From contig JBCCYT010000003.1 of NCBI GenBank assembly GCA_039188975.1, forward strand, positions 2,703-66,702: DNA of 64,000 bases, in the 5' to 3' direction. How positions within the stretch are numbered: position 1 is the stretch's first letter; each line of letters opens with the position of its first letter. Below, piece by piece: positions 43,769 to 54,692 of this stretch. The notes beneath the pieces are model-generated. The model made no database searches. It was not told the DNA's origin and saw only the letters and a program-made list of their open reading frames with translations. Position numbers and translations under genes: made by a program. Source of the DNA: Actinomycetota bacterium (GTDB lineage: Bacteria; Actinomycetota; Acidimicrobiia; Acidimicrobiales; Aldehydirespiratoraceae).

Positions 43769-44965
43769 ATGGCAGAGAAGATCACGATGCAGGACAACGG
43801 CACGCTTCACGTGCCGGACAACCCGATCATTCCGTTCATCGAGGGCGATGGCACCGGCGTCGACATCTGGCCTGCCGCCAAGCTCGTGCTCGACGCTGCG
43901 GCCGCCAAGTACGGCAAGACCATCGAATGGATGGAAGTCCTCGCTGGCGAGAAGGCCTTCAACGAGACCGGCGACTGGCTGCCACAGGACACGATCGACA
44001 AGTTCGAGGAGTACCTGATCGGCATCAAGGGTCCGCTCACCACCCCGATCGGCGGCGGCTTCCGCAGCCTCAACGTCGCCATTCGTCAGATCATGGATCT
44101 CTACGTCTGCCTGCGTCCGGTGCGCTGGTTCAGCGGGGTGCCGTCGCCGGTCAAGGAACCGCAGCTCGTCGACATGGTGATCTTCCGCGAGAACACCGAG
44201 GACATCTACGCCGGCATGGAGGTCGAGGCGGGCACGCCCGAAGCGAAGCGGATGATCGAACTCCTCCATGATGCTTACGGCTGGGAGATTCGTGAGGATT
44301 CCGGTATCGGCATCAAGCCCATCTCGAAGACCGGCTCGCAGCGCCTGCAGCGGGCGTCGATCGAGTACGCGATCAAGCGCAACCGCAAGCGGGTGCACTG
44401 GGTGCACAAGGGCAACATCATGAAGTTCACCGAGGGTGCCTTCCAGAAGTGGGGCTACGACCTCGTCCGCGAGGAGTACTCCGATGTGGCCGTCGGCTGG
44501 GAAGACTGCGGCGGCGACCCGGGCGACAAGATCCTCGTGCAGGATGCCATCGCCGACATCGCTCTCCAGCAGGTGCTGACCCGTCCGGCCGAGTTCGACG
44601 TCATCGCCACCATGAACCTCAACGGCGACTACCTCTCCGACGCCCTGGCCGCCCAGGTCGGTGGCATCGGCATCGCGCCGGGCGCAAACATCAACTACAT
44701 GACCGGTCACGGCGTGTTCGAGGCCACCCATGGCACCGCCCCCAAGTACGCCGGTCAAGACAAGGTCAACCCGTCGTCGGTGCTGCTCTCGGGCGTCATG
44801 ATGTTCGAGCATCTGGGCTGGCAAGACGCGGCCGACGACATCATCCGTGCGGTCGAGGCCACCATCGGCGACAAGGTCGTCACCTATGACTTCGCCCGTC
44901 TCATGGACGGCGCAACCGAGGTGAAGTGCTCGGAGTTCGCCAGCGCCATCGTCGACCGTCTCTGA
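43769..44965 (+). CDS. icd: NADP-dependent isocitrate dehydrogenase (homodimeric type)
   Basis: It has [18 protein letters not shown] and [10 protein letters not shown]. The ATG at 43769 is in frame with the track ORF. Confidence 0.93.
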   Translation: MAEKITMQDNGTLHVPDNPIIPFIEGDGTGVDIWPAAKLVLDAAAAKYGKTIEWMEVLAGEKAFNETGDWLPQDTIDKFEEYLIGIKGPLTTPIGGGFRSLNVAIRQIMDLYVCLRPVRWFSGVPSPVKEPQLVDMVIFRENTEDIYAGMEVEAGTPEAKRMIELLHDAYGWEIREDSGIGIKPISKTGSQRLQRASIEYAIKRNRKRVHWVHKGNIMKFTEGAFQKWGYDLVREEYSDVAVGWEDCGGDPGDKILVQDAIADIALQQVLTRPAEFDVIATMNLNGDYLSDALAAQVGGIGIAPGANINYMTGHGVFEATHGTAPKYAGQDKVNPSSVLLSGVMMFEHLGWQDAADDIIRAVEATIGDKVVTYDFARLMDGATEVKCSEFASAIVDRL

Positions 44966-44974
44966 CGGTCGGTC

Positions 44975-45001
44975 CCTTCGGCACAACGGCCACACCGAAG
45001 G
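44975..45001 (+). terminator. hairpin after icd
   Basis: CCTTCGG-N13-CCGAAGG starts 10 nt after the stop. Confidence 0.35.
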
Positions 45002-45088
45002 TTCAGCCCACGCGCTGAGCGCAGGTTTCGACGCCCTCGACCTCTCGCTCAGGGCCGGCGCGAGGCATCTTCGGCGCTTCCGACGCAA

Positions 45089-46888
45089 ATGGCGCGTTCG
45101 GAGTGCCGCGACGCCGGTACCGTGCCAGGAGTGGTGGACGCGGAGGCGAGCGACGAACACATGTGGCGGCGGGGCGGTCGCCTCATCATGCGGTCGCTAC
45201 GGGCGTACCCATGGCTCCACGCCGCATCGATGATCGGTGCCGTGGGCTTCGTCGCGGCCTCCATCGGGGGTGCCTGGGTGCTCCGAGCGGCGACCGACGA
45301 TCTGGTCGTGCCTGCCTTCGAGGACGGCTCGGTCGAACAGGCCGACATCTGGGCGGTCATGTTCTTGATCATCGTCGTGTCCGTCGGCCGCGGCATCGGC
45401 GTCATGATGCGACGCTGGTACCTCTCGCTGGCGGAAAACAAGACGCAACGCGACTGGCGCCGGCACCTCGTGCATCACTACCTCGACGTGCCGCTGCGCT
45501 TCCACCGAGAGCGTCCAACCGGCGAGCTCCTCGCCCACGCCGACATCGATCTCACGACGGCGACCATGGTGCTCAAACCGCTTGCCTTCTCGTTGAGTGC
45601 GCTCGTTTTGGTGATCATCGCGGTGATCACCCTCTTCATCATCCACCCTCTCATCGCTCTCCTCGGCGTTGTGCTGTTCCCCCTCCTGCTCGTTCTCAGC
45701 CAGGTGTACACCAACCTGGTCGAAGCACCGTCGGCGCGGGCCCAGCAGGCCGTCGGTGACGTTGCATCGGTCGCCCACGAGAGCTTCGAAGGTGCGCTCG
45801 TCGTGAAGACCCTCGGCCGCGAACCCGCTGAGGTCGAGCGGATGCGGGCGGCGTCAGCGACGCTGCGCAAGGAGCGCCTCGTGGTCGGCCGGGTCCGGGC
45901 CTTCTTTGAACCCACCATCGATGCGCTCCCAAACATCGGGATCGTGCTCTTGTTGCTCATGGGGAGCTGGCTCGTCTCGGAGGGGTCGGCCACCCCGGGC
46001 GATCTCGTGCTGGCGGCAGTCGTGTTTGGTCTCCTTTCGACCCCACTGCGCGTCTTCGGCTTCTTCTTGCAGGAGATGCCGAGGTCGGTCGTGGCCCTCG
46101 AACGAGTCGATCGGGTGATGGCCGAGCCGGTCGAAGACCGTTCTGGCTCGGTGACGCTGCCGGACGGCGCGGTCGATGTGCGCACGACCGGTCTCGCCGT
46201 CCGTTACGCCGACAACGAGGTGCTCCGAGGTGTCGACCTCCATGTGCCGGCCGGAACGACGGCAGCACTCGTCGGCGCAACCGGGTCCGGGAAGTCGACG
46301 CTGCTGGAGTCGATCGCCGGCCTCCTCGATCCCGATCGCGGAAGTGTGGAACTCGGCGGTGCCGCGGTCGACGACGTCGCCGTTGCCGATTGGACCGACG
46401 CCGTCGCAATCGCCTTCCAGGAGTCGTTTCTGTTCACCGACTCGATCACCGAGAATGTGTCGCTGGGCGATGCCACTGACGAGGTTGACCGAACCTTGGA
46501 GCTCGCCCGCGCCGCAACGTTCGTGGCCGAGCTCGCCGATGGAGAAGCGACGGTCGTTGGTGAACGAGGCACGACGCTGTCGGGAGGACAGCGGCAGCGG
46601 GTGGCGTTGGCTCGGGCCTTGGCCCGACGCCCCAAGGTGCTGTTGCTCGACGACGCCACGAGCGCCGTCGATCCGTTGGTGGAAGCGGAGATACTCGATG
46701 GGCTGGGCGCAGCGCTCGACATGACGGTGCTCGTGGTGGCCCATCGCATTTCGACGATTTTGCTGGCCGACACCGTCATCTATGTCGACGACGGCCGAGT
46801 GGTCGCCACCGGCACCCATCACGAACTGCTCGAGCGCGACGACTACCGCGCCCTCGTCACCGCCTACGAGCAAGGTGATGGCGCATGA
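45089..46888 (+). CDS. ABC exporter, fused permease/ATPase (half-transporter 1)
   Basis: It has six TM helices, Walker A GATGSGKST, signature LSGGQRQR and Walker B LLLDDATS. The start is uncertain (45089, 45161 or 45188). Confidence 0.88.
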   Translation: MARSECRDAGTVPGVVDAEASDEHMWRRGGRLIMRSLRAYPWLHAASMIGAVGFVAASIGGAWVLRAATDDLVVPAFEDGSVEQADIWAVMFLIIVVSVGRGIGVMMRRWYLSLAENKTQRDWRRHLVHHYLDVPLRFHRERPTGELLAHADIDLTTATMVLKPLAFSLSALVLVIIAVITLFIIHPLIALLGVVLFPLLLVLSQVYTNLVEAPSARAQQAVGDVASVAHESFEGALVVKTLGREPAEVERMRAASATLRKERLVVGRVRAFFEPTIDALPNIGIVLLLLMGSWLVSEGSATPGDLVLAAVVFGLLSTPLRVFGFFLQEMPRSVVALERVDRVMAEPVEDRSGSVTLPDGAVDVRTTGLAVRYADNEVLRGVDLHVPAGTTAALVGATGSGKSTLLESIAGLLDPDRGSVELGGAAVDDVAVADWTDAVAIAFQESFLFTDSITENVSLGDATDEVDRTLELARAATFVAELADGEATVVGERGTTLSGGQRQRVALARALARRPKVLLLDDATSAVDPLVEAEILDGLGAALDMTVLVVAHRISTILLADTVIYVDDGRVVATGTHHELLERDDYRALVTAYEQGDGA

Positions 46889-48717
46889 GCGAACCGCTCG
46901 ACCTTCCCGCGCTCGACGAAGCCGCGTCGTTGCTCGACGACGAGCGCCCCTCGATCGGGGCACTGGACGTCATGCGGCGAGGCGTCAGGGTTTCGCCGGA
47001 GCTGCGGGCCGGTCTCGGGATCACCGTCGTGATGGCATTGACAGCGGCGGTCGGGCGGCTCGTCGTCCCGATCCTCACCCAGCTCATCCTCGACAACGGC
47101 GTGCTCGGCGACGAGGGCTACCAGGCCGGCTACGTCTGGACCGCGAGCATCGTCGCGCTGATCATCGTGCTCGTTGTCGCCGGCGCTAGCCGGGTCGCGT
47201 TGATTCGGCTCGTCGACATGGCCGAGACCGTGTTGATGAATCTGCGAGTGCGGGTGTTCGAACACATCCACCGACTGAGCATGGCCGACCACACCGAGAG
47301 CCGACGAGGCGTCTTGGTCGCTCGGGTCACCTCCGACGTCGAGGCGCTGGCTCGTTTCACGCAGTGGGGGTTGATCAGCTGGATCATCGACACTGCGATC
47401 ATCGCCGGCACGTTGATGGTGATGGCGTGGTACAGCTGGCAACTCACCTTGATGGTCGTCGTGGTGCACGTGCCGCTCATTCCCTTCCTGCGCTGGGTCC
47501 AACGCAGCCAGTTCATCTCCTATGGCAAGGTCCGAAGCCGGGTCGCGGAAACCCTGGGTCAGGTGTCTGAAGCGGTCACCGGCGCGCAGGTGATTCGGGC
47601 GTACGGCTACAGCGAACCGGTCCGTGACCGGCTCGACGATGCGATCGAGCGTCAGTTCGCACAGCAACAGCGCAGCCAGGTGTGGTTCGCGTGCATGCTC
47701 CCGGTCGTCGACATCGTGTCATCGATTGCGCTCGCGATCTCGGTTGGCGTCGGCGTGTGGTGGCGTGACGACCTCGGTCTCGATGCGGGCGAACTCGTGG
47801 CCTTCATCTTCCTGGTCAACTTGATGTTGCAGCCGATCGCCCAACTCGGCGAGGTCCTCGATCAGACCCAGACCGCGCTCGCCGGCTGGTGGAAGGTGCT
47901 GCGGGTGCTGGATGTGCCGGTCGACGTCGTCGAACCGTCCGACGGCGTGCCCCTCCCCTCCGGGCCGCTCGGCATCGAGCTCGAACAGGTCGAGTTTTCG
48001 TACCGGACCGGCCCGCCGGTGCTTCATGGCGTGGATCTCACGATTCCTGCCGAGTCCGTGGTCGCCATCGTGGGGGAGACCGGTTCAGGCAAGACCACAA
48101 GTGCTCGGCTCGTGACCCGATTGGCAGACCCGACCGCCGGTACGGTCCGTATCGGCGGTATCGACCTCCGCTCGGTCAGTCCTGACGCCCGCCGGGCGGC
48201 GATTCGTATGGTTCCCCAGGACGGGTTCCTGTTCGACGTCTCGATTCGCGACAACATCCGCTTCGGTCGTCCCGATGCTGTCGATGCCGACGTCGACGCG
48301 GCGATCGATGCCCTCGAGCTGCGCGACTGGGTGTCCAGCTTGCCGGAAGGGCTCGACACGGTGGTCGGCGAGCGTGGCGGTCGGCTGTCCGTGGGCGAGC
48401 GACAGCTCGTGGCGCTGGCTCGCGCCCAGGTCGCCGATCCCGGGTTGCTCATTCTCGACGAGGCGACGTCGGCAGTGGATCCGGAGACCGAGGAGGCGCT
48501 GGCTGCGGCGCTCGACCGGCTGGCGAGCGGTCGCACCATGGTGTCGATCGCCCATCGCTTGTCGACCGCGGAACGCGCTGATGTGGTCGTCGTCTTCGAC
48601 GCAGGACGCATCGTTCAAGTCGGCCCGCACCGCGAGTTGGTCGAGCAGCCTGGCGTGTATCAGACGCTGTACGAGTCCTGGATCGGCAACACTCGATCCG
48701 GAAGCTCATCGTCGTGA
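46885..48717 (+). CDS. ABC exporter, fused permease/ATPase (half-transporter 2)
   Basis: An ATGA overlap joins it to the upstream gene. It has Walker A GETGSGKTT, signature LSVGERQ and Walker B LILDEATS. It probably forms a heterodimer with the upstream gene product. Confidence 0.88.
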   Translation: MSEPLDLPALDEAASLLDDERPSIGALDVMRRGVRVSPELRAGLGITVVMALTAAVGRLVVPILTQLILDNGVLGDEGYQAGYVWTASIVALIIVLVVAGASRVALIRLVDMAETVLMNLRVRVFEHIHRLSMADHTESRRGVLVARVTSDVEALARFTQWGLISWIIDTAIIAGTLMVMAWYSWQLTLMVVVVHVPLIPFLRWVQRSQFISYGKVRSRVAETLGQVSEAVTGAQVIRAYGYSEPVRDRLDDAIERQFAQQQRSQVWFACMLPVVDIVSSIALAISVGVGVWWRDDLGLDAGELVAFIFLVNLMLQPIAQLGEVLDQTQTALAGWWKVLRVLDVPVDVVEPSDGVPLPSGPLGIELEQVEFSYRTGPPVLHGVDLTIPAESVVAIVGETGSGKTTSARLVTRLADPTAGTVRIGGIDLRSVSPDARRAAIRMVPQDGFLFDVSIRDNIRFGRPDAVDADVDAAIDALELRDWVSSLPEGLDTVVGERGGRLSVGERQLVALARAQVADPGLLILDEATSAVDPETEEALAAALDRLASGRTMVSIAHRLSTAERADVVVVFDAGRIVQVGPHRELVEQPGVYQTLYESWIGNTRSGSSSS

Positions 48718-49892
48718 CCTGACCGACCGGTGAGCCGCGTCACGGTGAGCCCCAGAACGGTGAACACCACGATGATCAGGGGGCTGACGTCGGCGATGTG
48801 GCGGGCGAGGTGAAGAAGTCCGCTCGCCCACAGGAGGGCGATGCCGGTCGGTGAGAGCTGACGTCGGTCAGCCAACACCACGACCGAGAAGATCAGCAAC
48901 GAACTGTCGTAGTAGATGGCGTGCGGGCCCAGAAGGGTCAGTGCCGCGGTGGTAATCGCCATTCGGCCGGCGAGGTCGATTGGTCGGCGCCACCACAGCG
49001 CCATGAGCCCGACCACGATCGCCGTAGAGACGGCTGCTCCGGCCCCAACCGCAACGGTCGACTCGCCAAACAGCGCAACGAGAACGCCGATCGGTGCGAT
49101 CTCGTTCATGGCGTTGACCTCGGCGTCGGCCTCGAGCAGCGGTCGCACGCCGTCGTACCACGTCGTGATCCAACCCGGCCCGACGAGCGCGGCATTGGCG
49201 ATCCACACCAGGCCGGCGCCGATCGCCGCCGTCGCAAGGGTGCGAAAGCGGCGATCGAGAAGTGCGAGGCCGAGCATCGGTAGCGCGTACTGCGGCCGGA
49301 ACAGCAGCAACGCCAGCGCAAGGCCTGCGATGTCGTCTCGATCTTCGTGCCATGCCCGCCAGGCGACAGCGATGAGGAGAAGGGACAGTGCCGTGTTCTG
49401 CCCACCGGTCATGCCGACGAAGACCGGGTACGTCGTCATCGAGGCGGCGGTCGCGAGCGTGACCCGGTTTCGAAGGATCGGCACCACTGGTCGCAGCAGC
49501 GACAACGCCCCGACGAGGGCACCGATCATCACCGCGGTGTGGGCCACATAGGCAAGCCGGTACGGAACCGCCGACAGGGGCGAGTAGGCGGCTGCGACGT
49601 GGGGCGCATACGGATACATGATGAAGCCGTCTTCGTCGCCCAGCAGGCCCGCTTGCGCCGCCTCTTGCACGATGGGTTCATACAATCGGTCGATGTCGCC
49701 GTCGGCGACGATCGTTCCTGCGCCGTAGAAGGCGGGAAAGTCGCCGCCGATCCGGCCGGTTGCCGTTGTCGATCCGGTGCCGCTCAGCAGCACGAAGAGG
49801 AACGCCACGCTGAGCGCGACGAGAAGCACCACGGGGTACACCCGCAGCCGTTGTTCCCATGCATCGTTGAGGGGGGTCCCATGCGCGGCCAC
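48660..49892 (-). CDS. polytopic membrane glycosyltransferase (GT87/DUF2029-like), putative
   Basis: It has about 10 TM helices and the N-terminal loop GGDFPAFYGAG. This is a by-eye assignment only. Confidence 0.5.
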   Translation of the reverse strand: MAAHGTPLNDAWEQRLRVYPVVLLVALSVAFLFVLLSGTGSTTATGRIGGDFPAFYGAGTIVADGDIDRLYEPIVQEAAQAGLLGDEDGFIMYPYAPHVAAAYSPLSAVPYRLAYVAHTAVMIGALVGALSLLRPVVPILRNRVTLATAASMTTYPVFVGMTGGQNTALSLLLIAVAWRAWHEDRDDIAGLALALLLFRPQYALPMLGLALLDRRFRTLATAAIGAGLVWIANAALVGPGWITTWYDGVRPLLEADAEVNAMNEIAPIGVLVALFGESTVAVGAGAAVSTAIVVGLMALWWRRPIDLAGRMAITTAALTLLGPHAIYYDSSLLIFSVVVLADRRQLSPTGIALLWASGLLHLARHIADVSPLIIVVFTVLGLTVTRLTGRSGHDDELPDRVLPIQDSYSV

Positions 49893-49930
49893 AACACGTC
49901 AATCGGCCGATGCGCTCGCCGAGATGAGGT

Positions 49931-52262
<2,332 letters not shown>

Positions 52263-52266
52263 GTCG

Positions 52267-53106
52267 GTGCCGGAGCTGCCGGAGATCACGGCGCACGCCG
52301 AGCGCCTGGCCGCCAACTACACCGGCGCGGAACTCACCGCGTTCCGGGCGCTGCACCTGACGGCGCTCAAGACCTTCAACCCCAACCCACGCGAGACGCG
52401 CGGGTTGGCGTTGACGCGCACCGGCCACCGAGGCAAGTACCTGACGCTCACGTTCGGCGATGACCTGACCTATGTCGTGCACCTCATGCAGGGTGGTCGG
52501 ATGCGGCCCGACCCAAAGCGGGCCAAGAAGCCCCGGGGTGGGATGGCCCGATGGGAATTCGCGGATGGCGGGGCGCTCCTGCTCACCGAGGCGGGTACCG
52601 AGCGCAAGGCCGGTGTGTGGTTGGTCGAAGGCGAGACCGAGGGGATCGACCCGCTGACCGGACTGGGACCCGACGCCAACACCGTCACCCGTGACGAGCT
52701 GGCCGAGATCCTCCAGCAAGACAACGCCAGGATCCACGGGTTTCTGCGCCGACAGGGCCATGTTGCCGGTATCGGCCGGCTTCTCGCGAACGAGATCCTC
52801 CACACCGCGATGCTCTCGCCGTTCGCGATGTCCACCAAGCTCGATGATGACGAGATCGACCGGCTTCATGCTGCGATGCAGTCGGTGATCGCTGCATCTA
52901 TCGAGCACGAACGCACGCTCGACGACATCGGAAAGTCGGCCGACCGGCCAAACGACGTGCATCACCGGGTCGGGTTGCCGTGCGTTCGCTGCGGTGATGA
53001 CGTCCGCTCGGTGGAGTACCGGCGCTACACGGTTGCGTACTGTGCGACCTGCCAGACCGGTGGGAAGGTGCTGGCCGACAACACCACGAGCAAGTTCTTG
53101 AAGTGA
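52267..53106 (+). CDS. Fpg/Nei-family DNA glycosylase
   Basis: It has the N-terminal PELPE sequence, an H2TH region and a C-terminal zinc finger (CVRCG...CATCQ). Confidence 0.85.
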   Translation: MPELPEITAHAERLAANYTGAELTAFRALHLTALKTFNPNPRETRGLALTRTGHRGKYLTLTFGDDLTYVVHLMQGGRMRPDPKRAKKPRGGMARWEFADGGALLLTEAGTERKAGVWLVEGETEGIDPLTGLGPDANTVTRDELAEILQQDNARIHGFLRRQGHVAGIGRLLANEILHTAMLSPFAMSTKLDDDEIDRLHAAMQSVIAASIEHERTLDDIGKSADRPNDVHHRVGLPCVRCGDDVRSVEYRRYTVAYCATCQTGGKVLADNTTSKFLK

Positions 53107-53466
53107 TCAGGCGAAACCGAGGCCGAGCTCGGCGATCTGGTCGCGATGGGCCATCAGGGACTGGACATCGCCCCCGATCCGCAGACGCCCATCGAGGAAC
53201 GCCCGCTGAGCCGAGACCGAACCCGCCTGAATCCCGGTCGCCGTGGCCCGATCGGTGACGATGCGGACGTCGGCCTCGGTGTTCGGGTCTCGATCGATCC
53301 GCACGGTGCCGTCGGCGATGACCACATGCCACCGATCGTCGTCGGCTCGCCCGTCATCCGCGGCAACGACTTGCTCGATCCGCAGCTGAAGTTCGGTGGG
53401 AACGGTCGCCGCCATTGCCCGCGCCTCCACGTGGGCGAACCATGCGTCGGAGAGAAACTCAGGCAC
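53107..53466 (-). CDS. SCP2 sterol-binding-domain protein
   Basis: The 119-aa protein has the typical C-terminal pattern AFLDGRLRIGGD. Confidence 0.6.
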   Translation of the reverse strand: MPEFLSDAWFAHVEARAMAATVPTELQLRIEQVVAADDGRADDDRWHVVIADGTVRIDRDPNTEADVRIVTDRATATGIQAGSVSAQRAFLDGRLRIGGDVQSLMAHRDQIAELGLGFA

Positions 53467-53546
53467 CTACCCAGGCTAGGGGTCGGAACGGAACGAGGCC
53501 TCGCCGGGCGTGGCCGTGCGCCGTGCCGCCGCCTACCCTCGGCCTG

Positions 53547-54035
53547 GTGGACACCCGGCCCGCCCCCGCAGCCGTTCGTCATCGTCTCGGTGCCCGGCTC
53601 GTCGACGCGATCACGCTCGGGTGGTTGCTCGTCTTCATCCTGGTCGAGATCGACCAGCGCCTCCTCGGTGGCGATCCGTTTGGTCGGCGACCGCTGCAGA
53701 TCGATGTCACCCAAGGCCGATCGTTGGTTTTCGTGATCATGACCGTTGCCGCCTACGAGGTGCTTCCGGTCGTTTTGAAAGGGGCGACGTTGGGCAAGGC
53801 GTTGGTGGGCTTGCGAGTTCGAACGGTTGAGCCGGCGGCACGAGTGCCCGCAACCCGGGCCATTGCCCGCGCGCTGGTTCTCTACGGCGCACCGATCGCC
53901 TTCGGCGCCTTCGGTGGTCTGGTTGTGCTCGCGCTCGTCGCCAGTTTCGTGATCCCTGCGTCGGGGCGCGGTCTGCACGACCGGTTGGCGGGAACGACGG
54001 TTGTTTCCCTCCCTCGATCGGAGCCGGCGCCATGA
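53547..54035 (+). CDS. RDD-family membrane protein
   Basis: It has RLGARLVDAI, GATLGKALVGLRV and GLHDRLAGTTVV. A GTG at 53547 is the proposed start. Confidence 0.75.
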   Translation: MDTRPAPAAVRHRLGARLVDAITLGWLLVFILVEIDQRLLGGDPFGRRPLQIDVTQGRSLVFVIMTVAAYEVLPVVLKGATLGKALVGLRVRTVEPAARVPATRAIARALVLYGAPIAFGAFGGLVVLALVASFVIPASGRGLHDRLAGTTVVSLPRSEPAP

Positions 54036-54685
54036 TCGACACCGACCGCCTTGATCCTGGTCATCCGCACGACGGCCTCGATGACACGATCGATATCGAA
54101 TGGGTTGACCGGGCCCAGGCCCTTGCCGGTCTGCTGCGAGTCTCCGTCCGGCCGAGCATCGGATCGACGTGGTTTCTGGCTGTGGTCCATCAGCGAGGCG
54201 AGGATCCGGTGGTGGTGCTCGACTGGGAGCTGCCGGTTGTCTCGCATGCGTTCGAGTTCCGGGCACCGGGCATATGGACCGACTTCGTGTGTGAGACGCC
54301 GGTTGAACAGTGGACGATCGGACTCGAAGCCTTTGGCCTGGGGGTGGACGCAGCCGACATCTTGACCCCAGAAATGTATGGCGACCGGACACCGGTTGGT
54401 CTCGATCTCGATGTCGAGGCCGCGACTGCGCCGGATGAGCACGATGACGGCTTCGCGCACGACGTCACGGTTCGAGGCGAGGTGCTCGTCGGGTCCGATG
54501 CCTGGGAGATCGATGCGGTTGGGGTCCGTCGTCGCCGGTGGGATGGGCGGTGGCCCCGCCTCGGTTCACTGACGCCGGGGTTCGATCCCCAGACCCGAAT
54601 TGCGGTGCAGTGGCCGGGGCAGCCATCGCCGGAGATCCGGGGCTGGATCATGAGCAACCGGCCCGGATGGGTCGAGCTGCCATAG
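54032..54685 (+). CDS. hypothetical protein
   Basis: An ATGA overlap joins it to the RDD gene. No motif was recognised. Confidence 0.5.
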   Translation: MIDTDRLDPGHPHDGLDDTIDIEWVDRAQALAGLLRVSVRPSIGSTWFLAVVHQRGEDPVVVLDWELPVVSHAFEFRAPGIWTDFVCETPVEQWTIGLEAFGLGVDAADILTPEMYGDRTPVGLDLDVEAATAPDEHDDGFAHDVTVRGEVLVGSDAWEIDAVGVRRRRWDGRWPRLGSLTPGFDPQTRIAVQWPGQPSPEIRGWIMSNRPGWVELP

Positions 54686-54692
54686 AGCGTGG

